Shown: positions 51,136 through 61,654, numbered from the stretch's first letter. The stretch: 64,000 nt of DNA from an uncultured Verrucomicrobiae bacterium (GCA_963702845.1 OY969763.1:3648001-3712000); one strand, 5' to 3'. The notes: generated from the letters alone by a model not told the origin. Numbers and translations: made by a program.

Positions 51136-51238
51136 CGGCGACAACGCCAACTGATCCCGGCGAGACGCCTGTCCTACCAAATACGGGACGATTTGCGCGT
51201 TTGACTTGCGTCGGGCGGACACTTTAAGTTTGTCAATA

Positions 51239-52327
51239 ATGTTGGCAGCTCGATCGAGTAACCCGACCTCCAGAGTCGCGGAGCCCGCCGTTTCAACACC
51301 GCCCAATTATTCCTTGGGTTGGAAAGAAATAGTGGCGGGCGCAGAACCTTTTCTCCTCAAAGTCGGGGAACGTCTCCGCGCGCAAACCGCTGAATTTCAG
51401 GCGGATATTGAAAGCTACGCCAAATACGCTCTCAGCGTCCAAGGCAAGCAACTCCGTCCCATGCTCGTTTGCCTCAGTGGCGAGGCCGCGGGCGGTCTGA
51501 ATGATTCTCACGTGTCCGTCGCCGCCATTATTGAAATGGTGCATTTGGCCACCCTCGTCCACGACGACATCATTGACCTCGCCGCTCTGCGCCGTGGCCG
51601 CCCTACCCTTGCGGCCAAGTGGGGCAATAAAATTTCTGTTTTGTTAGGCGACTGTCTTTTTGCAAAGTCGCTGAAACTCGCCGCGAGCTTCCCAACTCCG
51701 GAAATCTGCCGCGCCGTTGCCTCTGGGACCGATACCGTTTGTGAAGGTGAAATTCTTCAGACGCAGGCTCGCGGTAATTTCGATTTATCGCAGCAGCACT
51801 ATTTCAAAGTCTTGACCATGAAGACGGCCGAGTTGTTCGCGCTCTCTTGTGATTTGGGCGCATTTTTAGCCGATGCTCACGGCCAGACCACCCACGGCCA
51901 CGGGGCCACCCAAGCCAAATACCGCGAAGCCTTGCGCCAATATGGCCTCTCGCTGGGCACAGCTTACCAACTTTACGACGATTGCCTCGATCTCTTCGGT
52001 TCGGAAAAAGTCGCCGGCAAAACCGTCGGCGCTGACCTGACCGAGGGCAAAATGACTCTCCCGCTGCTCATTGTCCGGGACAAAGCGCCCCATGCCGACC
52101 AAGCGGCACTGCGCCAATGTTTCTCACATTGGAACCCGGATCGCATGCCGGAACTCATGGAATTGCTCACAAAATATCGTGCTCTGGCCCTTTCGCGCGA
52201 AACCATTCGCGGCTATCTTGCCGCCGCGCGCGAGGCACTCAATTGTTTGCCGTCGTGCGAAGCGAAGGCAGGATTGATCGGGTTAACCGGCTTTCTTGCA
52301 GAACAAACGGAGGTTTTGGGGGTTTAA
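51239..52327 (+). CDS. Polyprenyl diphosphate synthase
   Basis: GKQLRP, LVHDDIID, RRG, KTA, YQLYDDCLD, DLTEGKMTLP. Confidence 0.93.
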   Translation: MLAARSSNPTSRVAEPAVSTPPNYSLGWKEIVAGAEPFLLKVGERLRAQTAEFQADIESYAKYALSVQGKQLRPMLVCLSGEAAGGLNDSHVSVAAIIEMVHLATLVHDDIIDLAALRRGRPTLAAKWGNKISVLLGDCLFAKSLKLAASFPTPEICRAVASGTDTVCEGEILQTQARGNFDLSQQHYFKVLTMKTAELFALSCDLGAFLADAHGQTTHGHGATQAKYREALRQYGLSLGTAYQLYDDCLDLFGSEKVAGKTVGADLTEGKMTLPLLIVRDKAPHADQAALRQCFSHWNPDRMPELMELLTKYRALALSRETIRGYLAAAREALNCLPSCEAKAGLIGLTGFLAEQTEVLGV

Positions 52328-52437
52328 GAACACATCAACAGAGCCGCGCGTGTGAGCAAGCGGTTATCGACGTTCGCCAAAGTTGCGACTCTGTTGATAG
52401 AAAGCCGCTTACTAAACGCGCGGCTCTGTTGAACAAG

Positions 52438-53055
52438 ATGATATTAGAAAGCACCGCATTGACGGTCGACGAGACACAAGAGAGCAACGAATCGGACTTG
52501 AGCTTGGTCAAACGCGCTCAGGAACAAGACCCTTCTGCCTATGACGCGCTCATCCGCCGTTATCAACAGCGCATTTACGCGACCGTTTACCACATGACGT
52601 CCAATCACGAGGACGCCAACGATCTCACCCAGGAAGCCTTCATCAAAGGCTACCGCGCGCTGACGGGTTTCAAGGGAGATTCGAGCTTTTACACCTGGAT
52701 CTATCGCATCGCCGTCAACAAGACGATCAACTTCCTCAAGCAGCGCAAAAACAAGTGGATGATGAGCTTGAACGACGTCGATTATCAGGCCGAGCACGAC
52801 CCGGACCTGGTCGCCTTGGTTTCCCACAAGACGCCGCGGCGTGATTTAAATTTAGCTGAACTGCAGGAAAAATTGAACGAGGGCCTACAGAAGCTGTCAG
52901 AACACCACAGAATGGTTGTCACATTGCACGACATCCAAGGACTATCTCACGAAGAGATAGGAAAGATAATGAACTGCAATGTGGGCACCGTCCGGTCGCG
53001 CTTATTTTATGCGCGACAACAATTACAGGGCGATTTGTCTGACTATTTAAAATAG
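52438..53055 (+). CDS. ECF RNA polymerase sigma factor (RpoE-like)
   Basis: DLTQEAFIK, SFYTWIYRIAVN, GLSHEEI...GTVRSRLFYAR. Confidence 0.93.
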   Translation: MILESTALTVDETQESNESDLSLVKRAQEQDPSAYDALIRRYQQRIYATVYHMTSNHEDANDLTQEAFIKGYRALTGFKGDSSFYTWIYRIAVNKTINFLKQRKNKWMMSLNDVDYQAEHDPDLVALVSHKTPRRDLNLAELQEKLNEGLQKLSEHHRMVVTLHDIQGLSHEEIGKIMNCNVGTVRSRLFYARQQLQGDLSDYLK

Positions 53056-53096
53056 GACGCCAAGGCAGGTTGTGTTCCGGCTTCAGTGTGGGGACG

Positions 53097-53121
53097 GTAG
53101 GGATGGTGCGCCGCACCGTCC
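53097..53121 (+). repeat. GTAG-type REP-like palindrome
   Basis: GTAG-GGATGGTGC-GCC-GCACCGTCC. Confidence 0.55.
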
Positions 53122-53163
53122 GCTGAAGCCAGGACGCAAACCGCACAGCGCCGAGTTGCAAAG

Positions 53164-53661
53164 ATGAAAACTTCGAATGAGTTTGAAGGTAACGACGATC
53201 GCTCCGCGACGTCCGCACAAGAGTTCGAAACCCTCCGCAAAGCGCTCGCGCTAAAACGCTACGAGCAACCGCCACCGGGATACTTCAACCGTTTGCCAAA
53301 CCAGATCATGGCACGCATCGAAGCCGGCGAAGGCGAAACAAAATTCTGGCAGCGCTTCATCCCCAGCTTCACCCTGCGCCCCGCCGTGGTTTACGGCCTG
53401 GGCCTGGCCGTCTGCGGCGTCGTCGCCGTCAGCGTCTTTTATACATCCAATCTGCCGGTGAATAACAGTGGTCCCGTCACCGCCAGTTCGATGACAACAT
53501 CGCAACCGACACTTCTCGGCCCCGCGCCCGGTCCAGCGATCGCCAGTCAGAATCAAAGCACCATCAACAGCACGAACCCCATTACCGAGCCCTCGCTGTT
53601 CCCGACGCAAATCGGCCAAGGCCTACAAAGCATGCCCGCAGGCTATACGCCGCATCAGTAA
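53164..53661 (+). CDS. Putative anti-sigma factor (single TM)
   Basis: Follows the ECF sigma gene; LKRYEQPPPGYF motif then one TM. Confidence 0.65.
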   Translation: MKTSNEFEGNDDRSATSAQEFETLRKALALKRYEQPPPGYFNRLPNQIMARIEAGEGETKFWQRFIPSFTLRPAVVYGLGLAVCGVVAVSVFYTSNLPVNNSGPVTASSMTTSQPTLLGPAPGPAIASQNQSTINSTNPITEPSLFPTQIGQGLQSMPAGYTPHQ

Positions 53662-53818
53662 TAATCGCGCTTGATCGCGCCACTATTTGATACACGCCAG
53701 TAGGGACCTGCATCCCTTCTGGCGTCTGTTCTTCTCACACTCATCTCTGCTATGCGTTCTTTGCAGTTAAATAAACTCCTCTAAAACTCAAACTTCGCAC
53801 ATCCCAAGTCCCAACCTT

Positions 53819-54193
53819 TCACTGACGAAATTCCGTCAATGATAACACGTGACCATCCGGATCACGAAACCAAGCCACCAACGCCCCGCTTGGCGCTTGC
53901 CAAATACCGTCTTCGTCCTGCCCCAGCCCATCGAACCATTCGAATGCAACTCCCACCTTCGCAAGCCGCCGCACCATCTCGCGAATATCCGCCACATCCC
54001 ATCCCAGTGCAGTATACGGAGCCGCATGAACCTTCTCCACCTTCTGAATCCGCAACATCGAATTCCCAACTTGAAACACCAAAGCCGGCGGTTCATCCGC
54101 CACAAACGTCAGGCCAAGAACGCCATCGTAAAATGCCCGTGCCCGCTGCGCATCCACAGTCGCCAAAAACAAAACAGGTTTTTCTAAAAGCAT
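53819..54193 (-). CDS. VOC/glyoxalase family protein
   Basis: ARAFYDGVLGL, VAWFRDPDGHVL. Confidence 0.88.
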   Translation of the reverse strand: MLLEKPVLFLATVDAQRARAFYDGVLGLTFVADEPPALVFQVGNSMLRIQKVEKVHAAPYTALGWDVADIREMVRRLAKVGVAFEWFDGLGQDEDGIWQAPSGALVAWFRDPDGHVLSLTEFRQ

Positions 54194-54320
54194 AGTTTTT
54201 CAATTCGTTCCGCGTTCCATCTGCAAGAGGTCCATTCAGTCTTTTTCCAACTTACCGCAACGCGGTAAAATCACTCAGCCCACGGGTTGTTCTACCCAAG
54301 CAGAACTACCCTGGGTCAAT

Positions 54321-54364
54321 GTTGCACCTAATTGCAATGGCTTGCACCTGATTGCACCTGAAAA
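54321..54364. repeat. 10-bp-period repeat module x4 plus A tract
   Basis: gttgcaccta attgcaatgg cttgcacctg attgcacctg aaaa. Confidence 0.8.
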
Positions 54365-54426
54365 CAATTCGTGGTTTAAAGACGATTGACGTCGCGAACT
54401 CCCACAGGAAGATTAAGGCCGTGAAA

Positions 54427-55986
54427 ATGAGATTTCGCTTGCTGCTTTTGTTCGTGGTCGGATCGGCGCTTTGTTCCGTTCACGCCCAGGAAGTGCCGGT
54501 TATCGAAAAGACCCTCTCGAACGGCATGAAGGTCCTGATGGTCTCGCGCCACGATGAACCGATGATTTCCGGCGGCTGGGTCGCGCACGTCGGCAGCTCC
54601 AACGAAAAGCCCGGCATCACCGGCATCGCGCATCTGTTCGAGCACATGATGTTCAAGGGCACGCCGACGATTGGCACGAAGGATTATAAGAAGGACCTGG
54701 AAATTTTAAACGAACAGGAAAAGATCCGCGATCAGATGCGTGAAGAGGAACGCAAGATGCGCGCGGAATTCCGTCGCGGCAAGATTGACGACCTCGCCAG
54801 TCTCGACAACAAAACGCCGCGCTGGCGCGAGTTGAAAAAGCAATTCGATGCACTCGTGAATGCTGAGCGAACTGTCCTGGTGAAAAACGAATTTGATAAC
54901 GTCTACACGAGCAATGGTGGTTCCGGCATGAACGCCTTCACCAGCGAAGACATGACGGCTTACTTCATCACCGTCCCGGCGAATAAACTGGAGCTGTGGA
55001 TGTGGATGGAATCGGAACGCCTGCTTCACCCTGTTTTCCGCGAATTTTACGCGGAGCGCGATGTGGTGTTTGAAGAGCGCCGCATGCGCACGGACTCGAC
55101 GCCACTGGGAAAATTCGAGGAAGAGTTCAACGCCATGTTCTGGGAATCCTCGCCGTACCACTGGCCGGTCATCGGTTGGCCCTCTGATATTCCGGCGATT
55201 TCCAAAAAGCAGGCCGACGAATTTTACGCGCTCTATTATCAACCGCAGAACATCACGGCCATCCTCGTCGGTGATTTTGATCCTGAAAAATGCCTCGCGT
55301 TGGCGGAAAAATATTTCGGCCGCATTCCACCAGGGCACCAGCCCACGCCGGACATCGTCACCATCGAGGTGAAACAAGAAGCCGAAAAACGCATGGACGC
55401 CGAGGCGGAAACGAATCCGCAGATCGATATCATGTGGCACACGGTGCCCTTCGCGCATAAGGACTCCTACGCGTTGGAGGTTTTAGCCGAACTGCTCTCC
55501 AATCGCACCGGTCGCCTGTTCAAAGGCATGGTTCTCGGCTCGAAAGTTGCGAGCGATGCATCGGCCGGCCAGGACTCCAGGAAATGGGCCGGGCTGTTCG
55601 ATATCAACGGCGAAGCCGCTGAAGGCCACACTCCACTGGAAGTCGAGCAAGGCGTATACGCCGAGCTCGAGAAACTTAAGAAAGACGAAGTGCCTGCTGA
55701 GGAACTGCAAAAGGTGAAGAACCAGTTCGCCGCGCACGAATACCGCCGGTTGTCAGCGAACTCGCCGATCCTGATGTATCTCATCGGCGACGAAGGCCAT
55801 GGCGATTGGCGCGAAATCAATAATGCTGGCAAAAAAATCCAGGCAGTCACGACGTCGGACGTGAAACGCGTCGCCAACGAATATCTCCGTAAAGACAATC
55901 GTTCCGTTGCCGTTTACATGCGCAAAGGCGCCAAAGCAGAGAAGGCCGTGAAACCAGTTGCCGCACACGTTGAGGAGAAGAAATGA
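54427..55986 (+). CDS. M16 (pitrilysin-family) zinc peptidase, catalytic subunit
   Basis: TGIAHLFEHMMFKGT (HxxEH), NAFTS.D.T.Y, ERDVVFEERR. Confidence 0.93.
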   Translation: MRFRLLLLFVVGSALCSVHAQEVPVIEKTLSNGMKVLMVSRHDEPMISGGWVAHVGSSNEKPGITGIAHLFEHMMFKGTPTIGTKDYKKDLEILNEQEKIRDQMREEERKMRAEFRRGKIDDLASLDNKTPRWRELKKQFDALVNAERTVLVKNEFDNVYTSNGGSGMNAFTSEDMTAYFITVPANKLELWMWMESERLLHPVFREFYAERDVVFEERRMRTDSTPLGKFEEEFNAMFWESSPYHWPVIGWPSDIPAISKKQADEFYALYYQPQNITAILVGDFDPEKCLALAEKYFGRIPPGHQPTPDIVTIEVKQEAEKRMDAEAETNPQIDIMWHTVPFAHKDSYALEVLAELLSNRTGRLFKGMVLGSKVASDASAGQDSRKWAGLFDINGEAAEGHTPLEVEQGVYAELEKLKKDEVPAEELQKVKNQFAAHEYRRLSANSPILMYLIGDEGHGDWREINNAGKKIQAVTTSDVKRVANEYLRKDNRSVAVYMRKGAKAEKAVKPVAAHVEEKK

Positions 55987-57502
55987 AGAAACTGATTCGC
56001 TCTTTTGAGCTTTTCGCTGTCGCCCTACTTTTTGCGGCGACAACCGTTGCAAATGCGCAGACCGCGAATGCGGCCATCCCAAGTCGGCCCGAGCAACTGA
56101 AATTTCCGCCGCTCAAATATGAGCCGCCGGATCCGCCGACTACCGCACGGTTCTAAAAAACGGCACGGTCACTTACGTCGTTCCCGATCACGAATTGCCG
56201 CTGATCAACATCCGTATCATGGTCCACACCGGTGATTACGTTGTGCCGAAGGGCAAAGAAGGACTCGCGGCGTTGACTGGCTATCTCCTCTCCCACGGCG
56301 GCACGAAGTCGATGACGGCGGAGCAATTGGAAGAACGTCTCGCGTTTCTCGCGGCTAATCTAAGCATCGATTGCGGCGACGTGAGCGCGAGCATCAACCT
56401 GAACCTTCTCTCAAAGGACCTCGATGAAGGGTTGAAGATCTTGCACGAAGTCCTGACCGAACCACGGTTTCAGGATGACAAGATCACTTTGGCAAAAGAT
56501 CAAACGATGCAAGGCATTCGCCAGCGCAATGACGAGTCATCCAACATCGAAGGACGCGAACGCGGGTTCCTCGCATTCGGCGAAGATTTCTGGGTGAATC
56601 GTTATTCCACTGCGGCGTCGATCGAGAGCCTGACCAAATCTGATTTTCAGGAGTTCCATCGTAAATGGTTTCATCCCGACAACTTTGTCATCGCCGTCAA
56701 CGGCGATTTCGATCGCGACGCGATGATTGCCCGTATGAACCTGTTCCTGAAAGATTGGCCGTTCACGGGACCGAAACCGCCGCCGATCCCGACAGACACT
56801 AAATTCGCCAAGCCCGGCATCTACATCGTCGATAAAGATGTGAACCAGGGCCGCGTCGCACTCATGCTGCCGGGTATCATGCGCGATGATCCGGATTATT
56901 TCGATGCGCTCATCATGAACGATATTCTTGGCGGCGGCGGCTTTACATCTCACATCATGAACCGCGTCCGCTCGGACGAAGGTCTCGCCTACTCGGCTGG
57001 ATCGAGTCTTCCCGGCGGCGTTTACTATCCGCTGACGTTCACGGCCGGTTTTCAGTCCAAGTCGCGCACTGTCGCCTATGCGATTTCGATTGTGGAACAG
57101 GAAATGACAAAGATGACCGAGCAACCGCCTTCCGACGCCGAATTAAACACCGCCAAGCGGTCGTTCATTGACCGTTTTCCGCGCACGTTTGCAACGAAGA
57201 CACAAGTCGCGACGACGTTTGCCAGTGATGAGTTCACTGGTCGTTACGCAAAAGACCCGCACTATTGGCAGAACTTCCGCGCGAACATCGAGAAAGTCAC
57301 CAAGGATGACGTCGTGCGCGTGGCGAAACGATTTCTACACCCCGATCGCTTGGTGATCCTCATCGTCGGGCAGAAGCAGGAAATCATGAAGGGCCATCCC
57401 GACCACGACATCACGCTGGCGAAATTGTCGAACGAGGTGATTACGGAAGTGCCGCTGCGCGATCCGCTGACGATGAAGCCGATTGTGAACGGAACGAACT
57501 AG
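55983..57502 (+). CDS. M16 peptidase, non-catalytic partner; frameshift near 56135
   Basis: ATG overlaps the upstream stop; signal peptide; LKNG...DHELPL; ILGGGGFTS...VR...GLAY; no HxxEH. Confidence 0.88.
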
Positions 57503-58389
57503 TAGCGGTTCCAGCGGTGGCCAAAACCGGAGTGTCCATAGCCGCCGCGAAAACCGTCATAGGCAAATCGCCATCCACCGAAGCTGTAAAATGACGAGCC
57601 GCAACTCGGACCAAACGCGGCATCATAATAAGCACGAGCCGGCGAGCAGCTAAACGGCCCGTAGTAGCAGCCATTGTTAAACGTAGTTCCATAACGCGAG
57701 CCGATGACGGTCACGTTCTGATTTGGCGTCGCACAGACTGGCGTTGAACAGGTCGGGGCTGACGAAACGTAGTTCACCCGAGGAGAGGGTTGTTGCACAA
57801 CGACAACCGGCGGTTGCGAATAGGTGATCGGCGCGACGGGAGCGGAGGCGTCCGACATATTCTGAGCTTGTTGAGCGTCATTAGCTTTGGCCAAGGTCAC
57901 TTGGTGATCGCGTCGAATCATCGCGTTTACTATCTCGGATGGAACGCCAACTTTGATCAGGTAAATAATGTCCTTCGAACTGAGTTGATACGGAAAATTC
58001 GATGTCTCGATATATGTCAGTAACACGTCGGTGCTGATGCCGCCGCGATACATTTTCACCACTTCATTGGCCCCGTAGGCAAGAGACCTGGGCTGAGTTA
58101 CAGGAGCTGATTCTGAAACTGTCTCCGCAGGAGCAGCTGGTGTGGCATCGGACTCAGAAGATGGCGCGGCGACGATCGGAGTTGTTGTTGGGATTTGTCC
58201 AATGGCGGGTTGGCTATTGGTTGTCGCGCTGGCTAATTCGGCGAGGACCACAGAAACTCCCAGAAAACCTGCCATTACCGCAAAAAGCTTTTTTAGCGAT
58301 GGCGCCGTTTTCCGCCCCAAATTGGACGCGGGTGAATGCATACTGTCACCGAACAGGGCTACCATAACGTTCCATGCAAAAGAGTGCAA
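57499..58389 (-). CDS. Hypothetical exported protein (start uncertain)
   Basis: EVVKM...G...DV...YI...LS..DII.L...GVP..IV.AM helical motif; P/Y/G-rich tail. Confidence 0.7.
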   Translation of the reverse strand: MHSFAWNVMVALFGDSMHSPASNLGRKTAPSLKKLFAVMAGFLGVSVVLAELASATTNSQPAIGQIPTTTPIVAAPSSESDATPAAPAETVSESAPVTQPRSLAYGANEVVKMYRGGISTDVLLTYIETSNFPYQLSSKDIIYLIKVGVPSEIVNAMIRRDHQVTLAKANDAQQAQNMSDASAPVAPITYSQPPVVVVQQPSPRVNYVSSAPTCSTPVCATPNQNVTVIGSRYGTTFNNGCYYGPFSCSPARAYYDAAFGPSCGSSFYSFGGWRFAYDGFRGGYGHSGFGHRWNRY

Positions 58390-58425
58390 GCGTTCAAGCG
58401 CGCCTGCGGGGAAAAAAACGCCTTT

Positions 58426-58869
58426 CTATCGACCTGGCATCAGCATCGTCTTGAAATCCGTATAACCGGTCAGATCGCCGGACGAGACAATCAATCGGTA
58501 AACGCGACCGGGATCCAATGGGTCAGGCCGCGCTTTCGGGATGGCCGGATGCATCCCGCGAATCGGCACGCCGTATTGGAATAGTTTCACGGGACGTGAA
58601 TTGGTAGTGGCGACCATGTACCAGATCGGCGGGGTGTGGGCGTCAAAATTTGTCCCCTGCAACGGAATAACCTTCAAGGAGGTCAACTCGCAGGACCGGC
58701 TCAGTTTGAAAAAGACCGGAAGAGGCGTGCCTGCCACGATCCCACGTTCCGGTCGCGCTGACGGGACAATAGTCAAAGTCTTTTTGCGAAACCAATCAGT
58801 AAAGAAGGCGACATACAACACTCCCAGCACGAGCAGGAAGGCAATAAGAGTGATTTCTTTCTTTTGCAT
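58426..58869 (-). CDS. Hypothetical membrane-anchored protein (paralog of 58871-59302)
   Basis: N-terminal TM; shared W..V......F.YG..I.GM...IP...P.PLDP...Y.L.V motif. Confidence 0.75.
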   Translation of the reverse strand: MQKKEITLIAFLLVLGVLYVAFFTDWFRKKTLTIVPSARPERGIVAGTPLPVFFKLSRSCELTSLKVIPLQGTNFDAHTPPIWYMVATTNSRPVKLFQYGVPIRGMHPAIPKARPDPLDPGRVYRLIVSSGDLTGYTDFKTMLMPGR

Positions 58870-58870
58870 G

Positions 58871-59302
58871 TTATCTCAGGGCAGAGCCGTTTGATTCAAA
58901 AGTGCATTCACCGCGCACGTTCTTTGTAAAACTCACGAGCAAAAAATATTTTCCGTTCGGATCAAGCGGCTCCGGTGTCATTCCCGGAATGAAAGCTTTC
59001 ATTCCCGCAATATTTTCGCCATAAACAAATTCGGTCTTTGTCACTGGTTTGTTGTCTGGGACCAACTCCCACAAAGCGTGGGGATGCGCATTAGTTTGCG
59101 CTTCCTCGAACGATGTTACCTTGATGCGTGTCATTGGATATGCTGGATCGAGATAAAACACAATCGCGCGGGTGCCGCCGGCCGGAATAATTCTGTAAGC
59201 TATTTGAATTTTTGACGGTGGCATTGAGTCAAACCACAGGAACAAAGAAGCCGCCGCTAAAACCACGGCGATAAGAATGAGAATGGCGGTTTTCTTGCTC
59301 AT
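58871..59302 (-). CDS. Hypothetical membrane-anchored protein (paralog of 58426-58869)
   Basis: Same motif; 1-nt gap to the neighbour. Confidence 0.75.
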   Translation of the reverse strand: MSKKTAILILIAVVLAAASLFLWFDSMPPSKIQIAYRIIPAGGTRAIVFYLDPAYPMTRIKVTSFEEAQTNAHPHALWELVPDNKPVTKTEFVYGENIAGMKAFIPGMTPEPLDPNGKYFLLVSFTKNVRGECTFESNGSALR

Positions 59303-59390
59303 GTAGAAAAGACCGAGTCCAGGGGCGGATTATTCGAATTGTTTTTTGACAATCGGAAAATCTGTTGTCGTGTAACAAAACGCACCTGAT

Positions 59391-60146
59391 ATGAAAAAGA
59401 CCAATAGTTACTATGGGGAAAAATTGGGGAACGTTGCGCGTTTTCGCGCTTTTACATTAATTGAACTCTTGGTGGTGATTGCGATTATCGCAATTCTCGC
59501 CAGCATGCTTCTGCCCGGTCTCGCCAAGGCGAAACAAGCCGGACTGCGCATCTCCTGTGTCAATAACATGAAGCAAATTGGCCTCGCCAATGCCATGTAT
59601 GCCCAGGACCATAACTCGCACTATCCACCACGTTTGATCAATGTGCGCTGGCCGCAGGAATTCTGGCCTTACTACAAGAACCTGAAAGTCCTTCGCTGCC
59701 CGGCCGACATCGAAAAACCGCAGACCGTCGGCATCGACACGAACTATCAGGCCGACATGGCGCCGCGCAGTTACATCATCGACGCTTATAATGACTGGTA
59801 TAAGGACACGTTGAGCGACGCTGATTTCCAAACCTACATGGCCGGCACTTATTCGAATACCTTAAAGGAAACGGATATTAAATATCCAACCGAGACGATC
59901 GTTTTGGGTGAGAAGAAGTCAAATATCGATCCGAGCCAGCCTTCCGGCCATTTCTATATGGACGTGTATGAAAGCCTTGGAAACGACTTCACGGAATTGG
60001 AACAGCATCGCCATAATGATGGCTCCGATTACGCGTTCGTTGACAACAGTGTTCGGTTTTATCACCAGTGGAAGGCGCTCAACCCGCTGAATCTTTGGGC
60101 AATCGGTGATTTCGAGCGGACCAATCTGGTCATCAAATTGAACTAG
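59391..60146 (+). CDS. Prepilin-type N-terminal methylation domain protein
   Basis: [39 protein letters not shown]. Confidence 0.9.
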   Translation: MKKTNSYYGEKLGNVARFRAFTLIELLVVIAIIAILASMLLPGLAKAKQAGLRISCVNNMKQIGLANAMYAQDHNSHYPPRLINVRWPQEFWPYYKNLKVLRCPADIEKPQTVGIDTNYQADMAPRSYIIDAYNDWYKDTLSDADFQTYMAGTYSNTLKETDIKYPTETIVLGEKKSNIDPSQPSGHFYMDVYESLGNDFTELEQHRHNDGSDYAFVDNSVRFYHQWKALNPLNLWAIGDFERTNLVIKLN

Positions 60147-60198
60147 AGTTCGCGCATGACATTTACTTTTTCGCGATTACTCCCGAATATCGGCGTCG

Positions 60199-61002
60199 AT
60201 GCTATTACTGTTCGACATCGGCAACACCAACACGCATGTCGGGCTGGCGAACAATCGGAAGGTCATTCGCCAGACCAATGTGCCGACCAAGGATTGGAAA
60301 ACCGGTCGCGCCGCAAAGGCCGTTTCCAATTTCGTTCGTTCCAGCGCCATTGAGGGCGTCGCCCTTTGCAGCGTTGTCCCAAAGATGACGCCGCTGGTCG
60401 CGAACCTTGCCGCACGGAAATACGATGTTCAAGTCCTGGAACTGACCGCTGATACGGCGACGGTTGGCATCGATTATCCAAACCCGCGCACCATCGGCCC
60501 TGACCGTCTCGCGAATTCCATTGCGGTGGCCCATAATTTCGGCGCACCGGCCATCGTGGTCGATTTCGGCACGGCTGTAACATTCGACGTCGTAAATAAA
60601 AAAGGCGATTACGTCGGCGGCATTATCGCTCCCGGCCTGAGCGTCATGACCGATTACCTGCACGAAAAAACCGCGCTTCTGCCGAAAATTAAGATTCGCG
60701 AAACGCGAGCTGTCATTGGCAAAAACACGGAGGAAGCGATGCTCATCGGCGCTGTGCACGGGTATCGCGGCTTGATTCGAAATTTGATTTCCGAACTGAA
60801 GCAACAATTAAAGGCGCGCCGCCTGCCTGTGGTGGCGACCGGTGGTTACGCGGAGTTAATCAGCGCGAAAATACCGGAAATTACTAAGGTCGATCCCCTG
60901 CTCACGCTCGAAGGTCTGCGGTTGTTGTGGGAAACTCATGCGTCTTGCCCATGTTGTCATGGTGGTGAACCTCCGTGCGCGTTGCGGGATGGGGATGTTT
61001 AG
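60199..61002 (+). CDS. coaX: Type III pantothenate kinase
   Basis: FDIGNTN, SVVP, IGPDR, VVDFGTAVTFD, GGIIAPG, ATGG, LTLEGL. Confidence 0.93.
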   Translation: MLLLFDIGNTNTHVGLANNRKVIRQTNVPTKDWKTGRAAKAVSNFVRSSAIEGVALCSVVPKMTPLVANLAARKYDVQVLELTADTATVGIDYPNPRTIGPDRLANSIAVAHNFGAPAIVVDFGTAVTFDVVNKKGDYVGGIIAPGLSVMTDYLHEKTALLPKIKIRETRAVIGKNTEEAMLIGAVHGYRGLIRNLISELKQQLKARRLPVVATGGYAELISAKIPEITKVDPLLTLEGLRLLWETHASCPCCHGGEPPCALRDGDV

Positions 61003-61654
61003 TGCGTTGCGAGTGTTTAGTGCGTTGCCACAGTGCACTGTAAATTAAGCCTGCGTCCGCTTCGACGCGGCCTTTGAGTTCGAAACCTGCTCTGGTCAAA
61101 AACGGATCAGGCGAACAAATCTCCCGCGCAGTGATTCTGGTCGTGAGCCGGAAGAATGTGTAGGCGGCGCGCAAAACAGCTTTGGCGCGCCATTTTGGCC
61201 AACCGCGCTGCGGAACGGCAAAATCCGTTACCAACCAAATCGCTGAATCACTCGCACACGCCGCGAGTTCAGCAATCACTTGCTGCAATTGCTCGGGGGT
61301 GAAGCAATCGAGGAAGCAGTTGGTTACAATTAAATCGAAAGTTTGCTCCGGCAGATTTAATCCCGGTGCCGTCGCTTGCAGAAACTGCGCGCGGGTTGGA
61401 TCACCACCGCCCTGTGTCCATCGACGTTCAGCCTGGCGCAACATTTGGGCGCTCGCATCGACCACGGTGAATTTCGCTTGTGGTAAAGCCTGCGCACAAA
61501 CTTCAAGAAATCTTCCATTCCCCTCCCCAACCAGTAACGCTCGACGGCACTCGCGCACCGAGTTCAACCAATGCACGCGACAGCGTTGCAATTTTTCCCC
61601 GGCGAGAATCGCCTCCATCCAGCGATAGTGCGGCGCGAGCAAATCGAAACTCAT
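60902..61654 (-). CDS. Class I SAM-dependent methyltransferase
   Basis: MSFDLLAPHY, LLVGEGNGRF, VDAS..M, FDLIVTNCFLD; ATGA overlap with the upstream gene. Confidence 0.85.
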   Translation of the reverse strand: MSFDLLAPHYRWMEAILAGEKLQRCRVHWLNSVRECRRALLVGEGNGRFLEVCAQALPQAKFTVVDASAQMLRQAERRWTQGGGDPTRAQFLQATAPGLNLPEQTFDLIVTNCFLDCFTPEQLQQVIAELAACASDSAIWLVTDFAVPQRGWPKWRAKAVLRAAYTFFRLTTRITAREICSPDPFLTRAGFELKGRVEADAGLIYSALWQRTKHSQRTKHPHPATRTEVHHHDNMGKTHEFPTTTADLRA

